Source: Octopus sinensis (taxonomy: Eukaryota). Taken from it: a stretch of DNA of 64,000 nt. This document shows, piece by piece, positions 23,831 through 37,134 of the stretch (position 1 is the stretch's first letter; each line of letters begins with the position of its first letter). Under the pieces are notes generated by a model, which was not told the origin of the DNA, searched no databases, and saw only the letters and a list, made by a program, of their open reading frames with translations. A program made the translations under genes and the position numbers. The stretch is from NCBI RefSeq assembly GCF_006345805.1, contig NC_042998.1, positions 162,254,001 to 162,318,000 on the forward strand, given 5' to 3'.

Positions 23831-23888
23831 ATTCTCTACACAATGCTTCATAGTAACTATTACATTATAATACATATATATACACAAA

Positions 23889-23927
<39 letters not shown>

Positions 23928-24167
23928 TATATGTACATACACCAGATTGTGTGCTATTTCCCTCTACCAAATTCACTCACACTGTATTGGCCAACCAAGT
24001 ACTATAACATGAAATACAGGCTTATATGCAAGTATATATGGATACGTATAAAAACCTCTAACCTAATTAAGTGATTGCTATCATGAAGCTAAAATTTATA
24101 TGTCAATAGACTATATTATACTATTGTATTTATATTATAAAAGTCAATTTAATATTTAACCCCTTCA

Positions 24168-24368
24168 AGGCGGCCAACTAGCGGAATAGTTAACAGCATT
24201 TCATTTATCTTTATGTTCTGAGTTCAAATTCCACTGAAGTCAACATTCATCCTTTAAGGGTTGATGAAATAAATATTATAACACTGGTGTCGATGTAATC
24301 AACTAGTCCCTAACCCTAAATTTCAGGCCTTGTTGCAATAGCAGAAAGGGTTGTTGTTGTTGTTATTG

Positions 24369-24414
<46 letters not shown>

Positions 24415-25112
24415 CTTCTTCTTCTTCTTCTTCTTCTTCTTCTTCTTCTTCTTCTTCTTCTTCTTCTTCTTCTTCTTCTTCTTCTTCTTCTTCTTCTTCC
24501 AGTGAGCTGACAGAATCATTAGCATGCTGGATGAAATGCTTTGTAGTATTTTGTCCATTGCTATGCTCTGAGTTCAAATTCCACTGAGGTCGACTTTGCC
24601 TTTCATCCATTCAGGGTCGATAAATTAAGTACCAGTAGAGCACCCACTACACTCTCGGGGCGGTTGGTGTTAAGAAGGGCATCCAACTATAGAAACTCTG
24701 CCAGATCACATTGGAGCCTGGTGCAGCCATCTGGTTCGCCAGTACTCAGTCAAATCGTCCAACCCATGCTAGCATGGAAAGCGGACGTTATATGATGATA
24801 ATGATGATGGAATACTGGGGTTGATGTAATTGACTGGCCCCTTCCCCAAAATTTCAGGCTTTTTGCCTATAGTAGAAAGAATTATTATTATCATAAGGTG
24901 ATGATCTGGCAGAATTGTTAGTATGCCAGGCAAAATGCTTAACAGCATTTCATTCATTTTTATATTCTGAATTCAAATTCCACCAAGGATGACTTTGCCT
25001 TTCCATCTTTTCAGGTTTGATAAAATAAGTACCAGTTGAACACTGGGGTCGATGTAATTGATTCATCCTCTACCTCAAAATTGCTGGCCTTGTGCCAAAA
25101 TTTGAAATTAAT
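24168..25112 (+). mobile_element. Head-to-tail SINE B cluster (3 copies) with a (TTG)n(TTC)n spacer and an RTE tail inserted at about 24641-24810
   Basis: Heads at about 24168, 24500 and 24894; the second copy is interrupted at gtaccagtagagca|cccactac...gatg|gaatactgggg. Confidence 0.85.
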
Positions 25113-25380
25113 ATTTGATCCTGTCTTCCCGGGTTAAATATTGATTTCACATTATGTATACAATATATCATATTTCTATTTTTGGTAGCCCAGATTGTTT
25201 TGGAACATTTTGTTTCTTCTGCAAGAAACACCTAACAACCTGCCTCTCTAAGCTCAATATATTTCATTCTAAGACCTCAATCTCTCTACTTATAACAGTA
25301 TATAACTGTATATAGGTGAAATTTTAAGAGCTCAAAGTCTCTAGCCTCATGCTGCTTTTTATTTTAGCATTTCTCAACAT

Positions 25381-26667
25381 AGGTGCTGTTGTGGTTGTGT
25401 GGTAAGAAGCTTGTTTTGCTATCACATAGTTCTGGGTTCAGTCCCACTGTATGGCACCTCGGAGAAGTGTCTTTTACTATAGTCTAGGCTGATCGAAGCC
25501 TTGTGTGTGAATTTGGTAGACGGAAGATGAAAGAAACCTGTTACACACACACACATATATTTATGAGGGAGAGTCAAAAATTATATGCACTCTTGTTTTT
25601 TCAATGTATTTACACAAAAGTAGGAGATAAACAAGTACGTCATTTTTCTATATAGTCTCCTTCCTTTTCGAGGCACTTGGTTCAGTGGTCCACATGCTTA
25701 TGTATTCCCTCCAGGAAGAAGGTTTTTGGTTGGTCATGCAACCATCTATGCACCACTTCCATCACATCTTCATCCATAGGAAATCAATGACTTTGTAAAC
25801 CATCTTTGAGTGGTCCAAAGATAGGATAGTTGGAAAGGCTAAGATCTGGGCTAGTGACAGGATGTTCCAGCACCTCAAAACCCAATTGGTTAATGGTTTC
25901 AATGGTCAGGGTGACTGTGTGTGGGCGTGCATTGTCATGCAACAACAAACTTTCTTCAACAATAGCCTTTGGAGTTTGGTGCAAATTGCTGGCTTCAGTT
26001 GGTTGGCCAGCAAAGTACTGTATCTTGCACTGTTGATTGTACACCCCTTTTCCAGGTAGTCTTCCAGTATAGGCCCTTTTGAGTCCCAAAAAGGTTAGCA
26101 TCACCCTTCCCATGGAAGACTGAGTCTTGAATTTCTTCATCACTGGTGAGCCAGGATGTTTCCGCTCCATATTCTGTCTTTTGTATTCTACCTCATAATA
26201 ATGGACCCACGTTTCATCCCCTGTGACTATTCTGTTCTTCATTCTTCCTTAGTGCACATTGCTAGTGGAACAGCCATGCTTAAACTGTGAAGCCAGAATG
26301 AAAAATGACGTGATCAGACTCAAACCTCAGTCATGTGACCACAATAGTACCAACTATAAGCACACATCTACAGAAGGCAGATGTGACAATAATAAAAATA
26401 TGTTATGGTGAAGTGCAGATAATTTTTGACTTCCCCTCGTATATATACAAACACACACATATATATGCATGTATGTGCATTTTAGTGTCTGTGTTTGTCC
26501 TCCACCACCCACTTGACAACCAGTGTTGATTTGTTTGTGTCCCCATAACTTAACGACTTGGCAAAAGAGATTGATAGAATAAGTACCAAGCTTAAAAAAC
26601 GTCATGGGGTCAATTCATTCAACTAAAAGAATTCTTTAAGTTGGTGCCCCAGCATGGCCACAGTCTG
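25381..26667 (+). mobile_element. SINE family A interrupted by a mariner
   Basis: Head at about 25381-25540; body resumes at about 26480-26667. Confidence 0.8.
25564..26439 (-). mobile_element. Internally deleted mariner (DD34D) transposon, irritans-like
   Basis: 28-bp TIRs (25564-25591 and 26412-26439, cgaggggaagtcaaaaattatctgcact) flanked by TA; RIVTGDETWV, LLHDNARPH, SPDLSLSN, KCLEKEGDYIEK*; frameshifts and stops. Confidence 0.95.
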
Positions 26668-27021
26668 TTGTTTCTAGTATATTGAGTTATTTGACTCTAC
26701 ACATTTTTAATTAGTGCTGTCTCAAGTATATCAATTAAGATATAGCATTGTATGCATACATACTTACATATATATGTATGTGTGTGTTTGTTTTCATTTC
26801 ACATACACACACAAGGTAATACAAGTATTTGATTAGTTATGTTTTTTTCATTTAAGAAATAGAATTTCAAAATACATACTAAGAATTGATTATTGATTTT
26901 ACCACCAAAACTAAACAAAATAATAATGAAATAGTTTTGCAGTTTGTATCACAGATGATGATGATGGTGATGATGTTGATGATGATGATGTTGCTGTTGT
27001 TTTTGTTCTTTGTCTTCTGAA

Positions 27022-27127
27022 ATTGCTGGCCTTGTGCCAAAATTTGAAGCCATTATTATTATTGCTGTTATCATCATTATTGTTATCATTATTATTGTTG
27101 TTATTATTATTGTTGTTGTTGTTGTTA

Positions 27128-27164
<37 letters not shown>

Positions 27165-27176
27165 AATTACTATTAC

Positions 27177-27264
<88 letters not shown>

Positions 27265-27499
27265 AGGGTGGCGAGCTGGCAGAATCGTTAGCATGCCGGG
27301 CAAAATGCTTAACGGTATTTCGTCTACCTTTACGTCCGGAGTTCAAATTCCGCTGAGGTCAACTTTGCCTCTCATCCTTTCAGGGTTGATTAAATAAGAA
27401 CCAGTTATGCACTGGAGTCGATGTTATTGACTTAATCCCTTTGTCTGTCCTTACTTGTCTCCTCTATGTTTAGCTCCCTGTGAACAAAATGAGAAATAA

Positions 27500-27543
<44 letters not shown>

Positions 27544-28004
27544 GGTGGCAAGCCAGCAGAATCGTTAGTATGCCAGACGAAATGCTTAGTGGCATGTCCT
27601 CTGTCTTTATGTCCTGAGCTCAAATTCTGCTGAGGTTGACTTTCCATCCTTTTGGGGTTAATAAATAAAGTACTAATGAAACACTGGGGTTGATGTAATT
27701 GACTAGCACCACTGCCCACCAAATTTCAGATCATTGTGCCTTTAGTAGAAAGGATTATTGTTATTAATATTGTTGTTGTTGTTGTTGTTGTTGTTATCAT
27801 CATCATTAAGGCATTGCACCAGTAACATGCTGAGCAAAATGCTTAGTGGCATTTTGTCTCTCATTCAAATACTGCCAAGGTTGACTTTGCCTTTCATCCT
27901 TTCAGAGTCAATAAAATAATTACCAGTTGAGTACTGGGGTTGATGTAATCAACTAGACCCCTCCCCACAAAATTTAAGATCTTGCATCTATAGCAGAAAT
28001 CATT
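27022..28004 (+). mobile_element. Head-to-tail SINE B array (tail fragment plus 3 copies) separated by (ATT)n
   Basis: Heads at about 27263, 27542 and 27808; long (ATT)n at 27052-27262 and 27500-27541. Confidence 0.9.
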
Positions 28005-28330
28005 ATTACCTCTGCCTTAGTGAAGGCAGAGGTATTGTTTTTAGTTGTGTTTGTTTGTCTGTGGACAAGATATCTCAAGAACTGCCGGGTGGATTCCGAT
28101 GAAGCTTTCAGGGATGTTTGGCCTCATGACTGGCATGAACTGATTAGATTTTAGAATCAATCCAGTACCGGACAAGGATTCTGGATTATTTTTCCAGTTT
28201 TTTAATTTAATTTTTGAGAGCATTCGAGTTCATTTCAGATATTCTTATTTTAAAAATCATCTCCGGCTAATTGTTGAGAGGATGTTGGTGTTACCTTGGC
28301 AGAGGTTTGTGCTTTCTGAGTGCTCTTGTT
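28005..28330 (+). mobile_element. Helentron-associated non-autonomous element (HINE/DINE-1-like)
   Basis: 5' hairpin tacctctgcctt(agtg)aaggcagaggta, GTTT/GTCT repeats, 3' sub-terminal repeat ggcagaggt, then small stem-loop gtgcttt(ct)gagtgc and a tt end. Confidence 0.7.
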
Positions 28331-28894
28331 ATTATTTGTTTTTTCTTTTTGATTTGGTCATCTACAAGTAAAGAGTTCTAAATTCAATTAATAATCATAA
28401 TTATATTCCAACCCCTATTAAAAATTATTTGATGGAAGCCACTTATATATGAAGCACTGAGACAGATATCAACAATTTTCCCACTTTATCATACTTTTTT
28501 TTTACTTTGTTTTGTTTATTTGTTTGATGTAACATTTGTGTTTTTGTTTTTCTTTGATTTATTAGTCTAATATTTGGATCAGTAAGTTAGAGTAGTTGTT
28601 GACATATAGAAAATGCCAAATTACCACTTGACTGTTCCAAGTTGAAAATGATTAATAATGAGTGAACTTTTGTTAGGTTTCTAGTCACGTGAGGGTGTAA
28701 GATAGCCTTGTGGTAAAGAGATATTGCTTTGCAACCATGTGGTTCCAAGTTTGATCCATTCCAATTTCTGGCATATTTGATGTGGCTTTGTGTAGACAAA
28801 AGCTTTGTGATTGAAATTTGTTAGACTGAAATTTTGCAAATGGCCATTTATGTGCATGTGTGTGCGTGTGTGTTTGTGTGTGTGTGTGTGTATG

Positions 28895-28926
<32 letters not shown>

Positions 28927-30504
28927 CCCACATACATGTGTATATTCACAATCACTGGCTGTCATATGACCTGGTGAGAACTGAATCAATATGACTCCCG
29001 AGTCCCATCTGCCCATTTAAATTATAAGAGTCCAGTCTAGTGAACAAGGTTTTCTTTTTTTTTTTGGTAAGATGTTTTAATGTCATTTATATCCATCATA
29101 GATTTCCTTATACTCTTTAATCTTTTTTTGGCTTATAGATATGATGTTAGGTGGCAGAATTAAGGTTTCCTTGCAAATGTTGGAAGTTAATAGTTACACT
29201 AAAGATGTGAGCATAGAACATTATCGTTTAACCCTAAGTTAGCCCTTTTTGAGCAAACCTATGATCAATGGCATTCTAGCCCTGATCATCTTGGGATAAG
29301 CAGGACAACATTATCTAAGTGTTCTTTCCTAATTTAAGATGGTAGAGCATGATTTGAGTAAGTTGCTAATTGCAGCTGAGTTGTCAGTGGAGATACTGCT
29401 TTAAAGGGATAAGATTAGGAATTAAGTTATTAGAAAGTCTAATGGAAAAGAAAAACAATTTTGAGAAGAGAAGGATTGGCAAATGTTGGTATAGAGCTGA
29501 CAAATTCTGGAGAGCAAAGGTCACAGCAGAAAATAAAGGAAAAGCAAGGTGTGACTACAAAGTATCTTTTTCTTATGAAAATAATATACATTTGTAGAAT
29601 CTTCACAGTATAGTGCATGATAGTAGGACTACCATGTGGCTAGAATGAATTAAAGAAATTGTGAGACAAACAACTATCTTATGTCAAGCATGTCTTATGG
29701 AAAATACAATTGATTGTTACATTTGTAAATCATATCATAAAGTAATAATGCAGATGAAAACAACCTATTTAGCAGGTTTGTAAATCATCATGTTTTGCAG
29801 GGAGAGAGAATGGATATCATATTAAGGAACAGAAGGTGAATTGTTTTGACTAACTTCAGCATGTGGGATCGCATTCATCTTTATATTCTAAGTTCAAATT
29901 CTGCCAAGGTTGACTTTGTCTTTCATCCTTTTCAGGTTGATAAGATAAGTATCAGCTGAGTGCTGAGGTCAATATAATTAACCTACCCTATCTCCCAAAA
30001 TTTTTGGCCTTGTCTAATAATTTAGAACTAACTATTGAGTCTAGTACTTTCAAACAGCATGACTGTGTCTGATTTTCTATTCTTGAAAAATATTGTTTGG
30101 ACTGGTATACAAGCTTCAACTTTTTTACAGTTACTCTGTGAATGCAATTTTATATCAATGTCAAAGGATTCTCTCATCAAATGATGTATTTTGAAGTAAG
30201 GCTCAGAATCTAAATAACTTGCAGAAGTCTGTGTCACCAAAAGTTAATAAATAAAACCATGATCATTTGTTTTGACATCCACATTTTCATGTTCACTTCG
30301 GTTGGCCTGTGATTGATGCCCTTACTGTTGCCAACCATCACCTGTTTTCAAATAAGGTAATATTTTTTCCTGGATGAACATGTTTTCATGGAAGATTGAA
30401 GATGGAAGACACTGCTTGGATGGTGGTGACTCTTGTTTGCAGCTATCATGTGATTTCAAGACTAGAAGGCACAAATACATACAGACCCACCCATATTATA
30501 CAAA

Positions 30505-30546
<42 letters not shown>

Positions 30547-30593
30547 GCACACACACACACAAACACACACACACATGCACACACATATATATT

Positions 30594-31002
30594 ATCATCA
30601 TCATCATTCAACATCCATCTTCTTTTCTAGCATGGGTTGGATGGTTTGACAGGAGCTGGTAAGGTTGGGGGTCTGCACCAGGCTCCACTGTCTGTTCTGG
30701 CATGGTTTCTACAGCTGGATTCCCTTCCTAACACCAACTGCTCTACAGAGTGTACTGGGTGTTTTTAATGACACCAGTACAAGTGCTTTTTTATGAGGCA
30801 CCAGCTCCAATGCTTTTTACATGGCACCAGCACTGGTACCAATCTTGCTTTGGTGGATGGATCTTTCTGAATACAGTAAGGCACCAGATATCTCAGCTCT
30901 TTGTTGTCTCCTTCATAAGGCTCAGTGTCTTGAAATCAGCCTCTCGTGCTTTGTCCCATGTATTCCTGGGTCTCCCTCTTCCATAAGTTCTATTCACTTT
31001 AC
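30594..31002 (-). mobile_element. RTE-LINE 3' end (last codons plus UTR, (TGA)n tail)
   Basis: KVNRTYGRGRPRNTWD..READFKTLSL...DIWC, then aggaagggaatccagctgtagaaac. Confidence 0.8.
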
Positions 31003-31244
31003 GTGATTGTTCCTTTTAGTTTCTGTTTACCAAATCCATAAGGCACTGATTGGCCTGGTGCTATAGCAGAAGACACTCATCTAAGGTGCCACACAGTGGA
31101 ATTGAACCTGAAATCATGTGGTTGGGAAGAAAATGTTTGGTGGGCTAAAGCTAGGATTGCTAAGAAGCAAGTAAGAAATGGAGGTGTAAATGAAGAAAAA
31201 GAGGGAGAAAGTAAAGAAAACTAGGACATGTACTTTGTTTGAGC

Positions 31245-31421
31245 TAGTGGTTCTCAACTGGAATCCACATGGCACTTGGTGGGGCACATTAGATTTTGCT
31301 TCAAAAATTTGTGCAATAAATTGGTTATATTTCTACAATGCACAAAATATTTTAACAATCATAGGCACAGAAGTGGATTAGGTAGACTGAAACTGAAAGA
31401 AGCCCGTCTTATATATGTGTG

Positions 31422-31503
<82 letters not shown>

Positions 31504-31870
31504 TGTGTATGTTTGTGTGTCTGTGTTTGCCCCACTATCATCACTTGATAACCGATGCTGGTGTGTTTATGTTCCCGTAACTTAGTGGTTCGGCAAAAGA
31601 GACCGATAGAATAAGTACTAGGCTTACAAAAAATAAGTCCTGGGGTCGATTTGCTCAACTAAAGGCAGTGCTCCAGCGTGGCCACAGTCAAATGACTAAA
31701 ACAAGTAAAAGAGTAAAAGAGTAATTGTTCTTATACAATTGCTAATAATATTTAATTATAAAAATATAACAGGACTTTTTTAAGCATTGACTATCTAGGG
31801 ATGTGGAAGGTCCAGTAGGGTAAAATAATCAATGGGGTCAATAGGTAAAAAGAATGGTTGAGAAACACCA
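31245..31870. mobile_element. hAT (Charlie/MER5-like) MITE containing a SINE A (about 31370-31722, +)
   Basis: TIR-like tagtggttctcaac / gttgagaaacacca. Confidence 0.55.
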
Positions 31871-31876
31871 ATTTAA

Positions 31877-32094
31877 CCCTTTCGTTACTGTATTTTGAGA
31901 TGCTCTGTGTTTCATTCAATTAATTTTAAATATAACAAAGAATTTAGTAAAAGAACTTAGTTATCATTAAGCTCGTGTTGGGAACATAAGTTGTGACAAA
32001 GGTTTGGTGGAAGATTTTAATTCAATACTTATGAAAACAAGACATTTGTACTACAGAGCCAGAAGTGGTTTTGGCTGGGTTGGTATCAAAAGGG
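31877..32094 (+). mobile_element. piggyBac-type MITE, uninterrupted copy (about 220 bp)
   Basis: ttaa|ccctttcgttac ... gtatcaaaaggg|ttta. Confidence 0.7.
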
Positions 32095-32406
32095 TTTAGT
32101 AGTCAACTGGCTGGGTCTACACTTGTAATCCACCTATCTTAAGGAGCAAACCTTGCTTCAAATCTCAGCCCTTATGTGATAAATTTTAAATGTTTTTTGA
32201 AGAAAATCACAAACTATGATGAAAGCTGTGTTGACACAGCATAAACTTGGGTCATTACTGATTAAACCTTAAATATTATCACATGACCAAGCTTACAGAT
32301 TGTTCTCAGCAAATGGTTCTACTTCACATAGTGGCACAACTCTTGATATTTGTTCTAGTTAAGTATTCATTAATTTCACTGGTGTTCTTTTGTGTTCTTT
32401 GTTTAT

Positions 32407-32438
<32 letters not shown>

Positions 32439-32887
32439 GGTTGTGGTTGGTGGTGTCGTTTTTATTAGAAACCAAATATATCAGGATGACTAATTAAACT
32501 TTGCTTGATTTACGCATGCACTCACCCACCCACCCACACACACATACATACGCATATAAATAAGTGAGAATGGAAAATCGAGAGAAGAGAGAAAGAGAGT
32601 ATAATACATAGACAATAAAAATGAAAAAATATAAAAAAAATACTCAATATTGTACATATTGATGAAAGTTCAATAAGAGAATGAAAAAATAAACAATAAT
32701 ATCATCAATAAAAACAATGATGGAAATGATGATGATGATGATGATGATGTATAACAAGAATGCCAATAAGACTTACTTAAAAAGAAGAAAATTCACAAAA
32801 AATGCCATATGAACATCATCAACAACAATACTGATAATAGCGATGAGAGTAATAATAACAATAACAATGCTTTTAATGATAATGAAA

Positions 32888-32900
32888 TGATAATAATAAC

Positions 32901-32939
<39 letters not shown>

Positions 32940-32947
32940 TAATAATA

Positions 32948-33011
<64 letters not shown>

Positions 33012-33037
33012 AAGAAGAAGAAGAAGAAGAAGAAGAA
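32888..33037. repeat. (AAT)n(AAG)n compound microsatellite
   Basis: Visible directly. Confidence 0.95.
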
Positions 33038-35454
33038 GACAGACAACAAGAAATATTCATGATAACAAAAAGGAAATAAGGAAATAAAAAAAAATTGGGG
33101 GGAAAAACTAGAATTAATAAGAAACAAAATAACTGTTCTAAAATCATAAAAACTACAAGAAAAAAAGAAGTGCCGTCACAAAAACAATTATTAAAAGCTA
33201 TTTAAAAGATTTCTTCCGATTCTCTCCCATTAATTCTTAATAATTCCCTTACATTTTCTTCTATTATGTTCTGTCCCCAGACAGTTTATTGCTTTTTAGT
33301 TTATTTTTATTTGATTTTACTTTTTATCTCTCTCTCTCTCTCTCTCCCTCTCACTCTCTCCCCTCTCTCACACTCCTTCTCGCTATATCTTTATCTCTCT
33401 GTCTCTCATATATACATATGCATAAATTCTCTCCCACACACGCACATACACTAAATAAATCTCCATCAGTTTTAACAATGAGTATTCAGTTGTTTGATCA
33501 GCTCAATTAGCTGCTCATTAAATTAGCATGTAAGTGGTTGTGTACACCACGGACACATGCTGGCATGGGTTGGATGGTTTGACTGAGGACTGGCAAGCCA
33601 GGAGGCTGCACCAGGCTCCAATCTGATCTAACAAAGTTTCTACAGCTGGATACCCTTCCTAATGCCAGAATCAACCCATCTAGCAGGCTTCCGCACAGTT
33701 TCATCCTGTCAACTTCACTCATGGGCAGCAGAGTGACCAGAAGCTGTAGCAAAAGATATTTATCCAAAATACCTTTGTTTTTTTATTTTTCTTGAGTTCT
33801 TTGCCTTGACTCATAAGGCTGATAACCTGTTCCCCATAGTGTATCACAACAATCTCCTGGATGCAATGTTAGTCTGTTGCTGGGTTCAAAGCCATCAGTT
33901 TTTGAAGAGAATGATCAAGCTAATTTCATTGATTCTAATACTTCTCTTGTTCTTTATTTTATCAGCCCTGAAGGGATGAAAGCCAAAGTTTGACTTCAGC
34001 AGCATTTGAAATCAGAACAACTTGGTTTCTTTCTTTAATTCTTCACATAGTTCAACATATTTCCAGCTACTGAAACATATTCTCTCAGTGACTGTCTTTG
34101 CAAACCTATACAAATGACATGTGAAAAATAAAATAGGAATTTTAAAAGAAGTATGTATGGAGCTAGTTTTTAAACATCCAATTGGCTATGAGTATCCATC
34201 AGAATACACCAGTAATCAAAGGGAGAATAGTTGAGACCCATTGTTCTAATGACTTTTCTCATGTGATGAAAGAGGAGAGAGAAAAAATATTAGTCGTAAT
34301 GTTTATGACATGTCACTGCCTGGAAACTGGTGTTTATGTACCTATAACTTAGCAGTTTGGCCAGAGTCCAATAGCACAAGTACTAGGTTTCAAAATAAGT
34401 ATTATGTCAATTTGTTTGACTAAACCTTTCAAGGCAGTATCTCAGCATGGCTACAGTCTAATGACCGAATGAAGTAAAAGATAAAAGATAAAACATATGT
34501 TACTGGTGAGAAAAAGTACTCAATACAAAGAGTAAAGTATACTTATATTTATTCAAGCCTTTCTAATTTATTATTTTGCTTTTATTCTTTTATTGGTCTT
34601 AGTCATGTGATGGCAGCCATACTGGAATACCCATTTTTAGGGAGTTTTAATCATTAACATCAGTCCCTGTACTGTCTTTATTTCTTGTTTTATTTCTCAT
34701 GTGGGACAAATGTCAAAATCTACCTTGGTATATAGACACAGCTGAGACATGCTTGAATACCAAAAGATAGCTTTCTCACTTTGTTTCTTTGTTTTCCTGC
34801 ATTGTCAATTATGTCTGTGTGATTATCTTCAACAGATTCTGCGTGTAGGGATTCTCACTCAATTAGAGTTTCCTGTATGATACAAACACAAATAATGTTC
34901 TTCTTTATTCTTTTCATTTCTGTTCTTTTTAAGACAAGGCACATTATTTAAGCTAAAGTCATTTCCTGTGCCAGAATGACGAATAGCAGATTTGCTAGAG
35001 CCATCATACCAAATACCTTATCGTATTTTGTTACAAGCAATTTATATTCTGAGTTCAAATCAGACCTAGGTTAACTTTTGCATTCCATTATCCTACAGGC
35101 AATAAAATAGAATAAATAGTAAACTTCAAGTGCTAGGGTTGATATATTTGTTCATACCCTTGAAAGTGGCACTCCAGTATAACTAGTACCCAGTGACTGA
35201 AATTAGTGTCATAATATCATAAAGTAGCAGAGATATATGTTTAAGAACATCAATGAGATTATTTTCTTCAGTTAATTATTAGTTGATTTCAGTCATCATC
35301 TTCAGTAATATATTTAGATGTAAAATATGAAAAAGTGAAATATAGCATGAAAATAATCACTTTGTCTTGTATAAGTTGTGCCAATAAAGAATTCTGTACC
35401 CAATCAAAAACAAAAAGAAAACAGTAAAGTCTTTCTCAAATCATACTCTGATGC

Positions 35455-36170
35455 AATGGTTCCCAACCAGTGTAGGATGTGCTCTGAGAGGGGAGAAAGT
35501 ACAAGCCATATTGTTAGTGAGTGCTCTAAGCTTGCACAATGTAAATATCAAAGGAGACACGACAATGTGGCCAGATATGTCCACTGGTTGGTGTGTGGTA
35601 AAGCAAACCTCACGAGAGCTGAACAATGGTATGAACACAAGCCTGAGGGAGTAATGGAAAATGAGCATTACAAAATATTCTGGGATTTTAACATGCAATG
35701 TGACCAAGTCACAGAGGCAAGACGACCAGATATTGTGCTCATCCAAAAGATGAAAAAGAAGTAGAGACAATAGATGCTGCAATACGTGGTGACTCGAGGG
35801 TGAACTGTAAGGAAACAGAAAAGATTGAGAAATACCATCCACTGCGGGATGAGATAGGAAAGTTATGGGGCATGAGGAAAGTAATGGTGATACCGGTGGT
35901 AACTGGAGCATTACAAGCAGTTTCCAAGAGCTTTGAAATATATATTAAGAATATTGGAGCTGCTGTCAGGCTCGAAGTGATCCAGAATACAGAATTGTTG
36001 GAGACAGCTCACATTCTAAGGAGAGTATTGTCTCTTTGAGTCACAGGAGAAAGCACTACTTGGAACCTTTGGGGATTTGTTGTTGCCTACTTTGAAGTAA
36101 AGAATAACCAGTAATTAAGAACTATCCAAGAGGCTTTCATGGTAATATTAATGATAATAATAATAATAAT
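35455..36170 (+). mobile_element. 5'-truncated R4/Dong-like LINE: CCHC zinc knuckle, restriction-like endonuclease, (TAA)n tail
   Basis: CRMC...ESTSHIVSEC..LAQ..Y.RRHDNVA...WDF...ARRPDIV / IDAAIRGD..V..KE.EKIEKY..LRDE...IPVVTGAL...ILRRVL*; one frameshift near 35760. Confidence 0.92.
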
Positions 36171-37134
36171 CATCATCGTTTAACGTCCGTTTTCCGCGCT
36201 AGCACGGGTTGGACGGTTCGACCAGGGTCTGGGAAGCCAGGGGCTGCACCAGGCTTCAGTCTGATCTGGCAGAGTTTCTACAACTAGATGCCCTTCCTAA
36301 CACCAACCTCTCCGCGAGTGTAGTGGATGCTTTTTACGTGCCACCTGCACAGGTGCCAGGGGAGTCTGGCATCGGCCACAATCGGTTGGTGCTTTTAACA
36401 TGCCACCGGTATGGAAGCCAGCCAAGGCGGCGCTAGCATCAGCCACATTCGGATGGTGCTTTTTATGTGCCACCGGCACAGAAGCCAGTCGAGGCGGCGC
36501 TGGCAACATCCACGTTTGGATGGTGCTTTTTATATGCCACCGGCACAGGTATCACAACTACTATTTCCATTGATATTTATTTTGATGTTCATGTACTTGA
36601 CTCAACAGGTCTCCACAAGCACAGCGAGATGTTCTGGAATCCAAGTTACTTTGAATGGGCAGGGTCTATGCGGAACTGGTGCAGGAAGCAGCCCGGGTCT
36701 TTGCAGTCACAGCATATCTCCAGAGATCTTGGTCCTTCGCCATTGCCTCAGTGAGGCCCAATGCTCTGAGGTCATGTTTGACTACCTCATCTCATGTCTT
36801 CCTGGATCTACCTCTTCCCCTGATACCTTCAACTGTTTGGGAGTGGCACTTCTTCACACATCTCTCCTCATCCATCCACAGTACATGACCATACCATCGC
36901 AAGCATCGCTCTTGCACACCACATCTGATGCTTCTTATGTCCAGCATTTCTCTCAGGGTGCTTACCCTCTGTCGTGCACGCACACTGACATTACACATCC
37001 AGCGGATCATGCTAGCTTCATTCCTTTGAAGTCTACGCATGTTCTCTGCAGTCACAGCCCATGTTTCACTACCGTGAAGCATGGCAGTTCGCACACATGC
37101 GTCATACAATCTACCTTTCACTTTGAGCGAGAGA
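36171..37134 (-). mobile_element. 5'-truncated RTE-clade LINE (ORF C-terminus, 3' UTR with hairpin units)
   Basis: KGRLYDACVRTAMLHGSETW...EASMIRWMC...LRWYGHVL...GRGRSRKT*; tail-to-tail with the R4-like copy. Confidence 0.92.

Noticed and set aside
34135-34160. aggaattttaaaagaagtatgtat resembles miR-1
   Set aside because: The seed is mismatched and there is no complementary 5' arm upstream.
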